From: an uncultured Clostridia bacterium
Lineage (GTDB): Bacteria > Bacillota > Clostridia > Christensenellales > UBA1242
NCBI GenBank assembly: GCA_947629505.1
Contig: CANRDW010000003.1
Coordinates: 1-55,412, forward strand
DNA length: 55,412 nt
Direction: 5' to 3'
Part shown: one piece after another, positions 8,947 to 18,780 of the stretch
Layout: each line of letters starts with the position of its first letter
Numbering within the stretch: the stretch's first letter is position 1
Translations under genes and position numbers: made by a program
Notes under the pieces: model-generated
Told to the model about the DNA's origin: nothing
What the model saw: the letters and a program-made list of their open reading frames with translations, nothing else
Database searches by the model: none

Positions 8947-11900
8947 TTATGCCTCCTGTTCTGCCTGTTTGATTGCATCCGCAAGTTTGACAGAAACAAT
9001 CTTTGAAACGCCCTTTTCTTCCATTGTCACCCCATATAAGCAATCGGCAAGTTCCATGGTTGGCTTTCTGTGAGTGATGACAATAAACTGTGTCGTCTGA
9101 GAGAGTTTTTTAAGATACATTGCAAATCTTTCGATGTTTGCATCGTCAAGAGCCGCCTCAATTTCGTCCAAAAGAGAGAATGGCAGTGGCTTTAATCTTA
9201 AAATCGCAAACAAAAGCGCAATTGCTGTCAGTGTTTTCTCACCGCCGGAGAGAAGTGAAAGTTTGTTTGCCGCCTTGCCCGGCAGTTGCACCATGATTTC
9301 AACACCCGCTTCAAGTGGATCTTCCGCTTCTGTAAGTTCAAGCCTTGCATTGCCGCCGCCAAAGAGTTCTCTGAACACAACTTTGAAACTGTCATTGATT
9401 TTTTGGAATTCATCATTGAATTTTGTCAGCATCTCGCCCGACAGGTCTTTGATGATTTTCACCAAATCTTCTTCGGCTTTTCTAAGGTCATCTGACTGAG
9501 TTGTCATGTCGTTGTAGCGCTCCAAAAGTGTGGAAACATCTTCAATCGCATGCACATTGACATAGCCAAGTGCTGAGATGTCTTTTTTCAATTTGTTGAT
9601 GTTTATAAGCGCCTCTTTAATCTCAAAATCAGGGCGTCTAAACTCCAAGCAGCCGCTGTAAGTTAGGCTGTATTCTTCATAAATGCGCTCTTGCATCACT
9701 TCCAAATCGTTGTCAACTTTTGCAAGATTTGTTTCCTCGCGATAACGCTTGTCGTTGACTTTTGCAAGTTCTTCCATAGTCACAGTCTTGCTTTCATCAA
9801 GTTTTTTGATGTTTTCAGAAACTGTAATTTTGTCCTTTTCCATCTCCTCGCGCTGTGATCTTATCTTGTTTAAGTTGTCTTTCGCCTCAGATGGCTTTGC
9901 ATTTTCAATCTGTTGTCTGATAAGGTCATTTGCCGTTTCAATGAGTTTGTTGTTGTCCTCTAAATGCGCTTCAAGAGTTTTTACATTTGAGTATTGCTTG
10001 TCTTTTTCAATTGCAATGCGCTCCAATTCATCTGAAAGCGCCTGTAATTTCTGTTCGCAAGAGGCAATATCAACTTTGACAGTTGTCATATTGGCAACAA
10101 TTTCATCTCTCTGCTCACGGATTTTGTTGTAACGCTCTTGTTTCTGCTTAACCAAAAGGTCGGCATCCTCTTTATTTCCGCTCAAAGCATTTTGAACAAG
10201 ATTTGACTGTGACAAATCCTCTTCAATAAGTTTAAGTTTATTTTCAACGGTTGTCTTTTCCATTTCAAAGGTCTTTTGCTCGTCTAAAAGTTCATTTTCG
10301 TCCTTCTTGGATGCCTGTAACTTTTCAGTTTCCTTAGCAAGCACAACTTCAAGTTCGTTTTTCTTGGCAAGAAGTTGTGTTTCATTGTTTTTCGAACCGT
10401 TTAAATCAACTTTTAAATAGTCGATTTTGTTTTTGAGTTCATATTCTCTTATATTAAGTTTTTCAATCTCTTCCGTCAAAGTTTCAATCTCTCTTTGGCG
10501 TGAAATGAGATTCACAAACTCACTCTTTTTGCTTCCGCCCGTCATTGAGCCTTGTGTGCTGACAACATCGCCCTCAAGTGTGACAATCTTAAATGAAAAT
10601 TTGTTGTCACGCGCCAAATCAACTGCTGTTGCAAGTGTGTCAACAACCACAGTTCCGCCCAAAAGATTGGAAATGACATTGTCAATCTGCTTGTCAAAAG
10701 AAATGAGTTTGCTTGCAACCCCAAACACTCCTTTTTTGCCTGCAATGGTGCGTTCATCCATGTCACGCCTACGCATGCTGGAAATAGGCAAGAATGTTGC
10801 ACGCCCAAATTGATTTTGTTTCAAAAATGAAATCAAATCTTTTGCACCATCTTCGTTGAAAGTGACAATGTTTTGCACTGCCGAGCCAAGAGCCACCTCA
10901 ATGGCTGTTTCAAACTTGGCAGGGACAGTGATAAGTGATGCCAAAACTCCCACCATTTTGCTTTTAATCTCAGAATTTTTCTCGCTTTCTTTCAAAATTT
11001 TGCGCACACTGTTGGCATAGCCCTCATATTCAGCCTGCATTTCGCTTAAAAGTTTTTTGCGGTTTTCATACACCTTAACTTGTGTGGTGATGTTTGCCCT
11101 TTCAGTTTCAAGTTCTGAAACGTCTTTCGATGCAACAAAAATTCTGCCAGAAATATCTTCAAGTTCTGCCTTTACGGAATCATATTCTTTGTTTGCAGCG
11201 GCGATTTTCTTCTCGCAGCCAGATATCATCTCTTTTAAAACATCAATTTTCTCTTTCGTGTCAGCGATGTTTTTCACAAGATTCTCTCTGCTTTCAAGTA
11301 AAAGTGCTTTTTCTGCGCTAAGACGAGAAACGCTGCTTTTAACATCTGAAAGTGAGCCCAAAGTTTCAATGATTTTTTGCTGACTTTGCCCTGCTTCTGT
11401 TTCGCTTAAACTCATCTCTTCAACAATCTTCAAATGCTGATTTGAAAGGTTTTCATATGATGTGTTCAGCATGCCAAGACGCTGTTCCAACCCTTCTTTT
11501 TCAGCGGTTTTTGCCGCCTCTTGCTCAATACAGTTTTCAATGACAATTTTTGCGTTTGTAATGTCCAAATTTATGCGGTCATTTTCCTTTTGCGCAAAGT
11601 TGATGCGCTCTCTTGTCACCTTTGTTTCGCCCTCTTGCTTTTCAAGTTCGACAGTGAGTTTCAAAAGTTCTTCGTTTAAAGATGCAATCTGCTTGTCATA
11701 CTCAGAAAGTTTGTCCATCTGCGCAGCGTAGTCTTTTGTGATGTTGTCAAGGTCTGTTTGACGCGCAAAAATCTCTTCATCAATCGCTTGAAGTTTGGCC
11801 TGGATTTGCTCTTTTACAGTGTTTGCGTTTTCATATTGAAAAACATAGGCGTTCACTTCCAAATCTTTGAGTTGCCCCTTGTATTCCAAATATTTTTTCG

Positions 11901-12534
11901 CATCTTCAGCCTGCTTTTTAAGTGGCCCCATTTGACGCTCAATTTCGCTTCGAATATCGTCAATTCTCACCAAATTTTCACGCGTTCTTTCAAGTTTGCG
12001 TTCTGCTTCGTCTTTTCTTGCCTTAAATTTGGCAATTCCGGCGGCTTCTTCAAACATAGTGCGGCGTTCTTCAGGCTTTTCGTCCACAATTTCACTGACC
12101 TTGCCCTGCCCGATAACTGAATAGCCGTTTTTACCAATTCCGCTGTCAAAAAGTATGTCCGTGATGTCACGCAAACGGCAAGTGTTTTTGTTGATCAAAT
12201 ATTCGCTCTCGCCCGAGCGATAGAGTTTTCTTGTGATGGAAAGTTCGTCATATGCGATGTTGAAAAATCTGTCCGTATTGTCAAAAGTGAGTGTCACTTC
12301 GCAGTAAGAAAGGCTTTTTCGCTTTTCTGTGCCCTTAAAAATGACGTCTTGCATATTGTCGCCGCGCAAACTCTTGGCGCTCTGTTCACCAAGCACCCAT
12401 CTTATCGCATCGCTGACATTACTTTTTCCGCAGCCATTTGGCCCTACAATCGCAGTGAAACCACCGTTAAATTCAATAACAGTTCTGTCCGCAAACGATT
12501 TAAAACCAATCATTTCAATTTTTTTAAAATACAT
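8947..12534 (-). CDS. smc: Chromosome segregation protein SMC, 1195 aa
   Basis: N-terminal Walker A (GPNGCGKSN), long coiled coils, a hinge, and C-terminal LSGGEKTLTAIALLFA / LDEIEAALD. Confidence 0.97.
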   Translation of the reverse strand: MYFKKIEMIGFKSFADRTVIEFNGGFTAIVGPNGCGKSNVSDAIRWVLGEQSAKSLRGDNMQDVIFKGTEKRKSLSYCEVTLTFDNTDRFFNIAYDELSITRKLYRSGESEYLINKNTCRLRDITDILFDSGIGKNGYSVIGQGKVSEIVDEKPEERRTMFEEAAGIAKFKARKDEAERKLERTRENLVRIDDIRSEIERQMGPLKKQAEDAKKYLEYKGQLKDLEVNAYVFQYENANTVKEQIQAKLQAIDEEIFARQTDLDNITKDYAAQMDKLSEYDKQIASLNEELLKLTVELEKQEGETKVTRERINFAQKENDRINLDITNAKIVIENCIEQEAAKTAEKEGLEQRLGMLNTSYENLSNQHLKIVEEMSLSETEAGQSQQKIIETLGSLSDVKSSVSRLSAEKALLLESRENLVKNIADTKEKIDVLKEMISGCEKKIAAANKEYDSVKAELEDISGRIFVASKDVSELETERANITTQVKVYENRKKLLSEMQAEYEGYANSVRKILKESEKNSEIKSKMVGVLASLITVPAKFETAIEVALGSAVQNIVTFNEDGAKDLISFLKQNQFGRATFLPISSMRRRDMDERTIAGKKGVFGVASKLISFDKQIDNVISNLLGGTVVVDTLATAVDLARDNKFSFKIVTLEGDVVSTQGSMTGGSKKSEFVNLISRQREIETLTEEIEKLNIREYELKNKIDYLKVDLNGSKNNETQLLAKKNELEVVLAKETEKLQASKKDENELLDEQKTFEMEKTTVENKLKLIEEDLSQSNLVQNALSGNKEDADLLVKQKQERYNKIREQRDEIVANMTTVKVDIASCEQKLQALSDELERIAIEKDKQYSNVKTLEAHLEDNNKLIETANDLIRQQIENAKPSEAKDNLNKIRSQREEMEKDKITVSENIKKLDESKTVTMEELAKVNDKRYREETNLAKVDNDLEVMQERIYEEYSLTYSGCLEFRRPDFEIKEALININKLKKDISALGYVNVHAIEDVSTLLERYNDMTTQSDDLRKAEEDLVKIIKDLSGEMLTKFNDEFQKINDSFKVVFRELFGGGNARLELTEAEDPLEAGVEIMVQLPGKAANKLSLLSGGEKTLTAIALLFAILRLKPLPFSLLDEIEAALDDANIERFAMYLKKLSQTTQFIVITHRKPTMELADCLYGVTMEEKGVSKIVSVKLADAIKQAEQEA

Positions 12535-12557
12535 AATTTCACCTAAGTTTTAAAACT

Positions 12558-13178
12558 TTACTCCTCAAATAACTTTCTTAAAGCCACATAAGCGCAGTTT
12601 TGTTCTGCCTTTGTTTTGTCTTTTCCATAGCCGGTTGCAATCAGGTCATCATCCATGTAAAACTTTGCCTGAAAGTTGCCGTCAACCTTTTCTGTGACAT
12701 ATTTTATCGAACACTTAAAGTTTGCTTGCACAAGTTCTTGAAGTTGAGATTTATAGTTGTCGTCCTCAGCACTTTCAAAACCCTCAATGTGCAATTTGTC
12801 TTTAATAAACTTTGTGGCTTTTTCCAATCCGCCGTCAAGATAGATTGCAGCAATAATCGACTCCACAATGTCGCCCTTAATCGCAGGGGTGAGTTCTTGC
12901 TTCAAACTTTTGCCCGTGATCACATCGCTCGACAGGTTCATCTCGTCAAAGCACTCACAAAGATGATCCTCTGAAACATAGTGTGCGCGCAAAACCGTGA
13001 GTTCCCCTTCTTGTTTGTCGCTGTGTTTAAACAGATATTCCCCAACAACAAAATTTAAAATGCTGTCGCCCAAAAACTCCAAACGCTGATAATTTTCTTT
13101 GGATTTTGACGGATGTGTAAGGGCGCGCGTCAAAAGTTTTTTGTCACTGAATGTGTAATCAATTTTTTTGTCAATCAT
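12558..13178 (-). CDS. rnc: Ribonuclease III
   Basis: HPSKSKENYQRLEFLGDSILNFVVGEYLF signature plus a C-terminal dsRBD. ATG 13176..13178 has GGAGAG 5 nt upstream. The GTG at 13184 is an alternative start. Confidence 0.93.
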   Translation of the reverse strand: MIDKKIDYTFSDKKLLTRALTHPSKSKENYQRLEFLGDSILNFVVGEYLFKHSDKQEGELTVLRAHYVSEDHLCECFDEMNLSSDVITGKSLKQELTPAIKGDIVESIIAAIYLDGGLEKATKFIKDKLHIEGFESAEDDNYKSQLQELVQANFKCSIKYVTEKVDGNFQAKFYMDDDLIATGYGKDKTKAEQNCAYVALRKLFEE

Positions 13179-14178
13179 TTGCACTCTCCGTCATCTGTCC
13201 AACCATGCTTTCAATCTTTTCAATAAGTTTGTGTTCATGAAGTTTGACAACTTGCAAAATTGTGTTTCTAATCACATCTCGTTTTGCAGTCCCATGTGTT
13301 TTGACAACAAGTTTTTTGCAGCCCAAGAATGGTGCGCCGCCATATTTGTTGACATCCATTTTGTTGCGAATGCCTTTAAACTTTTTCATCATAAGAGCGC
13401 CAAGCATGGTGAAAATGTTTTTCTTTGCCTCTTTTTCAAGCATCTTTCCCATGCCACTTGCAACGCCCTCAACTGTCTTTAAAAGCACATTTCCCGCAAA
13501 GCCGTCCGCAACAATAACATCCACATCGCCAAGCATTGCATCGCGCGCCTCAATATTTCCAACAAAATTTACAGGGATTGTTTTCATAAGCGGATAGGTG
13601 GATTTTGTAAGTTCGTTGCCCTTATGTTCTTCTGCACCGTTGTTTAAAAGTGCAACGGCGGGTTTTTCAATGCCGCTCATAATCGAAGAATAAGCCGATG
13701 CCATGATTGCAAAGTGCAAAAGATGTTCACTTTTGCAGTCCACATTTGCGCCGCTGTCACAAATAATCACAGACTTATCCGGCTTAATTGTTGGCAAAAT
13801 TGGGCAAAGTGCCGGCCTTGAAATACCTTTAATTCTGCCAATTTTCATGATTGCGCCCGCAAGCACCGCTCCCGTGCTGCCGGCAGAAACAAGCCCAACA
13901 ACATCGTCATTTTCTTTCAACATGTCAAAAGCGCGTGCAAGAGAAGAGTCTTTCTTTTGTCTGATTGCAACAGTTGGAGTGTCATCATTTGTGATAACTT
14001 CACTTGCGTTTAAAATTTCAATTTGCTGCGTTCTGCCATTTAAAATATTTTTAATCTTGCTCTCGTCACCTGCAAGCACAATGGTCAAATCTTTGTTTTC
14101 TTTTGCCGCAAGAACTGCCCCCTCAACAATTTCTGCTGGTGCATAATCTCCGCCAAAAGCATCGACAACAACTTTCAT
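13171..14178 (-). CDS. plsX: Phosphate acyltransferase PlsX
   Basis: MKVVVDAFGGDYAP ... SGANVDC ... typical PlsX. The start at ATG 14176..14178 has AAGGAGA upstream. The stop codon is TGA. Confidence 0.93.
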   Translation of the reverse strand: MKVVVDAFGGDYAPAEIVEGAVLAAKENKDLTIVLAGDESKIKNILNGRTQQIEILNASEVITNDDTPTVAIRQKKDSSLARAFDMLKENDDVVGLVSAGSTGAVLAGAIMKIGRIKGISRPALCPILPTIKPDKSVIICDSGANVDCKSEHLLHFAIMASAYSSIMSGIEKPAVALLNNGAEEHKGNELTKSTYPLMKTIPVNFVGNIEARDAMLGDVDVIVADGFAGNVLLKTVEGVASGMGKMLEKEAKKNIFTMLGALMMKKFKGIRNKMDVNKYGGAPFLGCKKLVVKTHGTAKRDVIRNTILQVVKLHEHKLIEKIESMVGQMTESAND

Positions 14179-14303
14179 GTGTTTTCTCCTTAAACAGAAT
14201 ATATTTCTCACTTAACTATACCAAAAAATACACACAAAAGTCAAAAGAATAAAGGCAAAAAAGCGATTTTTTTGAAAAATAAAAAAAGACTGAAAATTCA
14301 GCC

Positions 14304-14501
14304 TTATTTTGTTTTCTTTTCTTTTTTATTTTCAACAACAGTCTTGTTTTTGTATGTGCCACAATTTTTGCAAACTGTATGAGGTTTTTTCAATTCGTGA
14401 CATTTTGGACATTCAACAAGAGTTGGTGCCTCTGCTTTGAAATTTGCAGAGTTTCTTGTGTTTCTTCTCTGTTTTGAAACTTTACCCTTTGGAACTGCCA
14501 T
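14304..14501 (-). CDS. rpmF: 50S ribosomal protein L32
   Basis: MAVPKGKVSKQRRNTR ... CPKCHELKKPHTVCKNCGTY (zinc-ribbon form). Confidence 0.95.
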   Translation of the reverse strand: MAVPKGKVSKQRRNTRNSANFKAEAPTLVECPKCHELKKPHTVCKNCGTYKNKTVVENKKEKKTK

Positions 14502-14544
14502 TTTTCAACTCTCCTTTTACGCTTCATTTAATAATGCTTTGCCT

Positions 14545-14573
14545 ATAATAACAAAATTTTCGACTTTTGTCAA
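14545..14573 (-). promoter_or_regulatory. Sigma-A type promoter upstream of rpmF
   Basis: The minus strand reads TTGACA-17 nt-TATTAT. Confidence 0.6.
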
Positions 14574-14591
14574 GCAAATTTGCAAATTCTT

Positions 14592-15797
14592 TTATTTTTT
14601 AAGGTTTTTCACGATGTTTTGAGTGTCGCGAGCCATCATAAGTTCTTCATTTGTTGGAATGATGTATATCTTAACCTTGCTTTCTGGCTTTGAAATAAGT
14701 TCAATCTCGCCGCGTTTGAAGTTTTTGTTCTTTTTCTTGTCAATGACAACACCGATGTTGTCCATGCCGCTTAAAATCTTTTCGCGGGTTTCGTCGCCAT
14801 TTTCACCAATTCCACCTGTGAAAACAATGGCATCAACGCGTGGAAGAACTGCCATATAACTGCCGATATGCTTCCTGACAGAATATGCAAGCATGTCAAG
14901 AGCAAGTTGCGCTCTGTGATTTCCTTCATTTGCCTTTGCAATAACTTCTCTTTGGTCACTTGAAACGCCTGAAACGCCCAAAAGTCCGCACTGTTTGTTG
15001 AGATAATTGATTGCATCATCAACAGTCATCTTTTTGTTGTTGCAAAGATATTGCACAACGGTTGGGTCGATGTCGCCCGAGCGAGTGCCCATGACAACAC
15101 CTTGAAGTGGCGTCAGCCCCATTGTTGTGTCCACACTTTTTCCGTTTTCAACTGCGGTCAAAGAAGAGCCGTTTCCAAGGTGGCAGATGATAAGGTTGAC
15201 ATCTTTGACCTTTTTGCCCAAAACTTTGGCTGCCTCTTGTGTGATAAATCTGTGGCTTGAGCCGTGTGCGCCATATTTTCTGATGTGATATTTTTCATAG
15301 TCTTTATAGTCAATGGCATACATATATGCTTTTTCTGGCATAGTTGAATGGAATGCAGTATCAAAAATCACCACTTGTGGAACGCCTTTCATGGCCTTTG
15401 CACACGCCTTGATTCCCTTTACATTTGCAGGGTTGTGAAGTGGCGCAAGGTTGTCCAAAAGTTTGAGTTTCTTCAAAACTTCGTCTGTGACAAGTTCGCT
15501 TTCTTTAAAAAGCCAGCCGCCCTGAACAACTCTGTGACCAACCGCCTCAATTTCGCTGAGTGATTTCACAACACCATTTTCTTTGTCGGTCAAAATTTTC
15601 AAAACTTTTGAAATGGCTTCGTCATGGTCCTTTGCGCCGTCAAAAATTTGTTCTTGTCCGTTGTGTTTATATGAAATAATTGGCTTTGGAAGCCCAATTC
15701 TTTCGCAGTTGCCCTTTGCAAGCACCTTTTCTGTTTTCATGTCAAGAAGTTGATATTTAAGTGATGAACTTCCTGCGTTGATTACTAAAATTTTCAT
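14592..15797 (-). CDS. ackA: Acetate kinase
   Basis: MKILVINAGSSSLKYQL ... GHRVVQGG ... FTGGIGEN. Confidence 0.97.
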   Translation of the reverse strand: MKILVINAGSSSLKYQLLDMKTEKVLAKGNCERIGLPKPIISYKHNGQEQIFDGAKDHDEAISKVLKILTDKENGVVKSLSEIEAVGHRVVQGGWLFKESELVTDEVLKKLKLLDNLAPLHNPANVKGIKACAKAMKGVPQVVIFDTAFHSTMPEKAYMYAIDYKDYEKYHIRKYGAHGSSHRFITQEAAKVLGKKVKDVNLIICHLGNGSSLTAVENGKSVDTTMGLTPLQGVVMGTRSGDIDPTVVQYLCNNKKMTVDDAINYLNKQCGLLGVSGVSSDQREVIAKANEGNHRAQLALDMLAYSVRKHIGSYMAVLPRVDAIVFTGGIGENGDETREKILSGMDNIGVVIDKKKNKNFKRGEIELISKPESKVKIYIIPTNEELMMARDTQNIVKNLKK

Positions 15798-15809
15798 ATT
15801 TTCTCTCCT

Positions 15810-16802
15810 TTAATCCTCTTTAATATCCTTTGCTTGGAGCGCTGTAATTGCTGAAACAACAACAATATCTTGCACTGTGCAGCCGCGTGACAAATCGTTC
15901 ACCGGCTTTTTTAAGCCCTGTAAAATCGGCCCCGCAGCGCTGAGTCCACCCACATACTGCATGGCTTTGTAGGCAATGTTGCCCGCCTCAATATTTGGAA
16001 AGATAAGCACATTTGCGTCACCCTCAAGTGGGCTGTTTGGCGCTTTTTGTGCTGCAACATTTTTCACCATTGCCGCGTCAAATTGCAACTCTCCATCACA
16101 AGTGACAAACTTTTCTTTTTTAGAAAACTTTTCATAAGCCGCCCTAACTTTGTCCACCGCTTCACCCTTTGCGCTGCCTTTTGACGAATAAGACAAAAAT
16201 GCAACTTTTGGCTCGATGTCAAACATGAGTGCGCTTTCAACGCTTTGACAAGCGATGCTGCAAAGTGTGTCGGAGTCTGGAAATTCATTCACTCCGCAGT
16301 CTGACAAAATAAGCGCCTTGTTTTTAAGAAAGTTGTTTTTCCCATAAAGCAAGAAAAATGACGAAACAGGCTCTTTTTTGTTTCTGCCCTTTATGATTTG
16401 TAAAGCCGGCCTGATTGTTGTTGCCGTTGAAGCCTCTGCGCCCGCAACCATGCCGTCTGCATAGCCACATTCCACCAAAAGTGTGGCAAAATAATAAGGG
16501 TCTTTTTCAAGTTCGTCAGCCTGCTCCATGGTCATGCCCTTTTCTTTGCGCTTTTCATAAAGTGTTTTAACCAACTTTTTGCGGTCTGGAAAAGTGACCG
16601 GGCTTACAATTTCAAACTTTTCAAAGGCTTTGTCACGCAAACTGAGAGCGCTTGCGTCACCAACAAGCAAAACTTTGCAGATTTTGTTTTTGCGCAAAAT
16701 CTTAACCGCTTCCGCAGTTCTGTCAGAAAAACTAACCTCTGGAAAGACAATGGTGCGTTGTCTTTTCTTTGCTTCTTCTAAGATTTTTTCAATTCTAAAC
16801 AT
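15810..16802 (-). CDS. pta: Phosphate acetyltransferase
   Basis: 330-aa PTA_PTB family protein (IVFPE ... YFATLLVECGYADGMVAGA ... SRGCTVQDIV), directly upstream of ackA. Confidence 0.93.
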   Translation of the reverse strand: MFRIEKILEEAKKRQRTIVFPEVSFSDRTAEAVKILRKNKICKVLLVGDASALSLRDKAFEKFEIVSPVTFPDRKKLVKTLYEKRKEKGMTMEQADELEKDPYYFATLLVECGYADGMVAGAEASTATTIRPALQIIKGRNKKEPVSSFFLLYGKNNFLKNKALILSDCGVNEFPDSDTLCSIACQSVESALMFDIEPKVAFLSYSSKGSAKGEAVDKVRAAYEKFSKKEKFVTCDGELQFDAAMVKNVAAQKAPNSPLEGDANVLIFPNIEAGNIAYKAMQYVGGLSAAGPILQGLKKPVNDLSRGCTVQDIVVVSAITALQAKDIKED

Positions 16803-16920
16803 ATGTTCTCCAATTTACATTGATAAAATTAACGACATTTAAAAATAATCGCTTATCTTTAAACATAGATATATTTTATAAAAGATTTTGCCTAAAAGTC
16901 AAATAAAAGAGAGTTAAATT

Positions 16921-17862
16921 TTGAAAAAAATCAAATATTTTGGACAAACTCCAACCACAATTATTCTAAGTGCACTTATCATGTTTTTTCTTGTGAGCAT
17001 GATAATAAATCCAAGCAAATTTATTGACGCATCTTTAAACGGAATTTCTGCATGGGCTTTCAATGTTCTGCCAAGTGTTTTGCCGTTTATGTTTTTCACA
17101 AAGGTGCTTTCAAGCCAAAATGTTTTGCCAAAACTTGTCCGCCCGCTCTCACCCGTGACTAAAACGCTTTTTAAAACTCCACCCATTTCAATGTATGCCT
17201 TTGTCATGGCAATTCTCTCGGGCTATCCTGTCGGCTCAAAGATGGTGTGTGACCTCTATCAACAAGAGCAAATCACGCGGACAGAGGCTTTCAAAATGTC
17301 CGCCTTTTGTTCAACCTCGGGTCCAATGTTTATAATCGGCGCTGTTGGAATTGGAATGTTCAAAAAAGCAAAAATCGGCTACATCTTGTTTTTAAGCCAC
17401 ATAATCGGCGCAATTTTAAACGGCATTTTATATCGCCGCCTTAAAGTCAAAGATGAAGAAAAAAACACAGCCGTCAAAACAGATGCAAAAACAAGCCTTT
17501 CGGACATCGTGTTAAACTCCACACTTTCCATACTTTCTGTCGGCTGCATAATCACAATCTTTTTCATTGTCATTGAGTGTTTTGCTCCGCTTCTAAACCT
17601 TTTGCCAAACACAATTTCCTACTTTTTGCAAGGTGTGATTGAGATAACAAAGGGTTGTCTTTCACTTTCAACCCTCGAAAATGTCAAACTTTCATGCGTT
17701 TTAGCGTCCTTTGTCATAAGTTTTGGCGGAATCTCGACAATTTTGCAGTCACTGACAATGTTAAACTCTCTAAAAATGCCCGTCAAACTTTTTGTGCTGG
17801 AAAAAATAACTCATGGCATTTTCGCCATGAGTGTAAGTGCAATTTTTGTGTTATTCCTGTAA
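16921..17862 (+). CDS. ylbJ: Sporulation integral membrane protein YlbJ (nucleoside-recognition domain family)
   Basis: INPSKFIDASLNGISAWAFNVLPSVLPFMFF and SAFCSTSGPMFIIGAVGIGMF resemble B. subtilis YlbJ. Polytopic membrane protein with a TTG start. Confidence 0.75.
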   Translation: MKKIKYFGQTPTTIILSALIMFFLVSMIINPSKFIDASLNGISAWAFNVLPSVLPFMFFTKVLSSQNVLPKLVRPLSPVTKTLFKTPPISMYAFVMAILSGYPVGSKMVCDLYQQEQITRTEAFKMSAFCSTSGPMFIIGAVGIGMFKKAKIGYILFLSHIIGAILNGILYRRLKVKDEEKNTAVKTDAKTSLSDIVLNSTLSILSVGCIITIFFIVIECFAPLLNLLPNTISYFLQGVIEITKGCLSLSTLENVKLSCVLASFVISFGGISTILQSLTMLNSLKMPVKLFVLEKITHGIFAMSVSAIFVLFL

Positions 17863-18777
17863 TTTTGCCACCTCTTCGCGCGCAAGTGCATCGCAGCGAT
17901 TGTTTAAGACGTTGTCACTGTGCCCCTTAACTTTGTTAAACTCAACATCTCTCTCTTTCACAAGAGCCACAAGTTTAAGCCAAAGTTCTTTGTTTAAAAC
18001 TTCGCCGCCGCTTGCAGAGCGCCAGCCATTTCTCTGCCAATTTTCAACCCAATTTTGATTGAAAGCATTGACAACATAGGCGCTGTCACTGAAAACCTTC
18101 ACTGTTTCGCCTTTTTTTGTGTTTTCAAGGCCGTTTATCACACCCAAGAGTTCCATGCGATTGTTGGTTGTGTCTTTTTCTCCGCCCGAGAGCGTTTTCA
18201 CAACCCCTTTGTGCGACAGGATTGCCGCCCAGCCGCCCGCACCTGGATTTCCAGAGCAAGCGCCGTCTGTGTAAAGCACAACTGCGTTTTTATCGTCCAA
18301 AACAACTTCTTCTTGTGGCATTTTTAGTTTTTCGCAGATTTTTTCAAGTTCTGTTTTTTCAGCGTTTTTTAAAATTGTCAAACTTTCAAGTTCGCCGTCA
18401 ACTTCGTTAAATTCGCCTTTGCCAACCATTCTGTTTGACACAATAAGCCTGTCACCTTTCTTTCTTGGAACGATATGCACATGAAAATGCATGACAGACT
18501 GCCCTGCCGCAGCAGATGTGTTGTTTAAAACATTAAACCCCTCAAAGCCGCAATCTTTAACATAATGATTGCCAATTTTCTTCACTGCGTCAAAAACGCG
18601 TGACAGCGTTGTGCCGTCACAAGTTGCAAGGCTTTCATAGTGTTTTTTAGGGATGACAAGTGTGTGACCATATGCGTCATTTGCAATGTCCAAAAATGCC
18701 AAAACAAAGTCATCTTCATAGATTTTAAAGCAAGGGATATCTCCGCTTGCAATCTTACAAAAAATACAATCTTTCAT
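17851..18777 (-). CDS. Fusion protein: N-terminal HIT-family nucleotide hydrolase plus C-terminal RNase HI
   Basis: The HIT domain has CIFCKI ... HFHVHIVPR (histidine triad). After a ~50-aa linker comes an RNase HI domain: VLYTDGACSGNPGAGGWAAIL, NNRMELLGV, VFSDSAYVV, KGHSDNVLNNRCDALA. All four acidic catalytic positions are present. Confidence 0.85.
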   Translation of the reverse strand: MKDCIFCKIASGDIPCFKIYEDDFVLAFLDIANDAYGHTLVIPKKHYESLATCDGTTLSRVFDAVKKIGNHYVKDCGFEGFNVLNNTSAAAGQSVMHFHVHIVPRKKGDRLIVSNRMVGKGEFNEVDGELESLTILKNAEKTELEKICEKLKMPQEEVVLDDKNAVVLYTDGACSGNPGAGGWAAILSHKGVVKTLSGGEKDTTNNRMELLGVINGLENTKKGETVKVFSDSAYVVNAFNQNWVENWQRNGWRSASGGEVLNKELWLKLVALVKERDVEFNKVKGHSDNVLNNRCDALAREEVAKLQE

Positions 18778-18780
18778 ATC

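Noticed and set aside
17851-17862. Convergent 3'-end overlaps (ylbJ with the HIT-RNase H gene, 12 nt; murG with the S8 protease gene, 11 nt at 52575..52585) as regulatory antisense modules.
   Set aside because: Short convergent overlaps are common in compact genomes, and there is no additional structure or conservation signal to support a special role.
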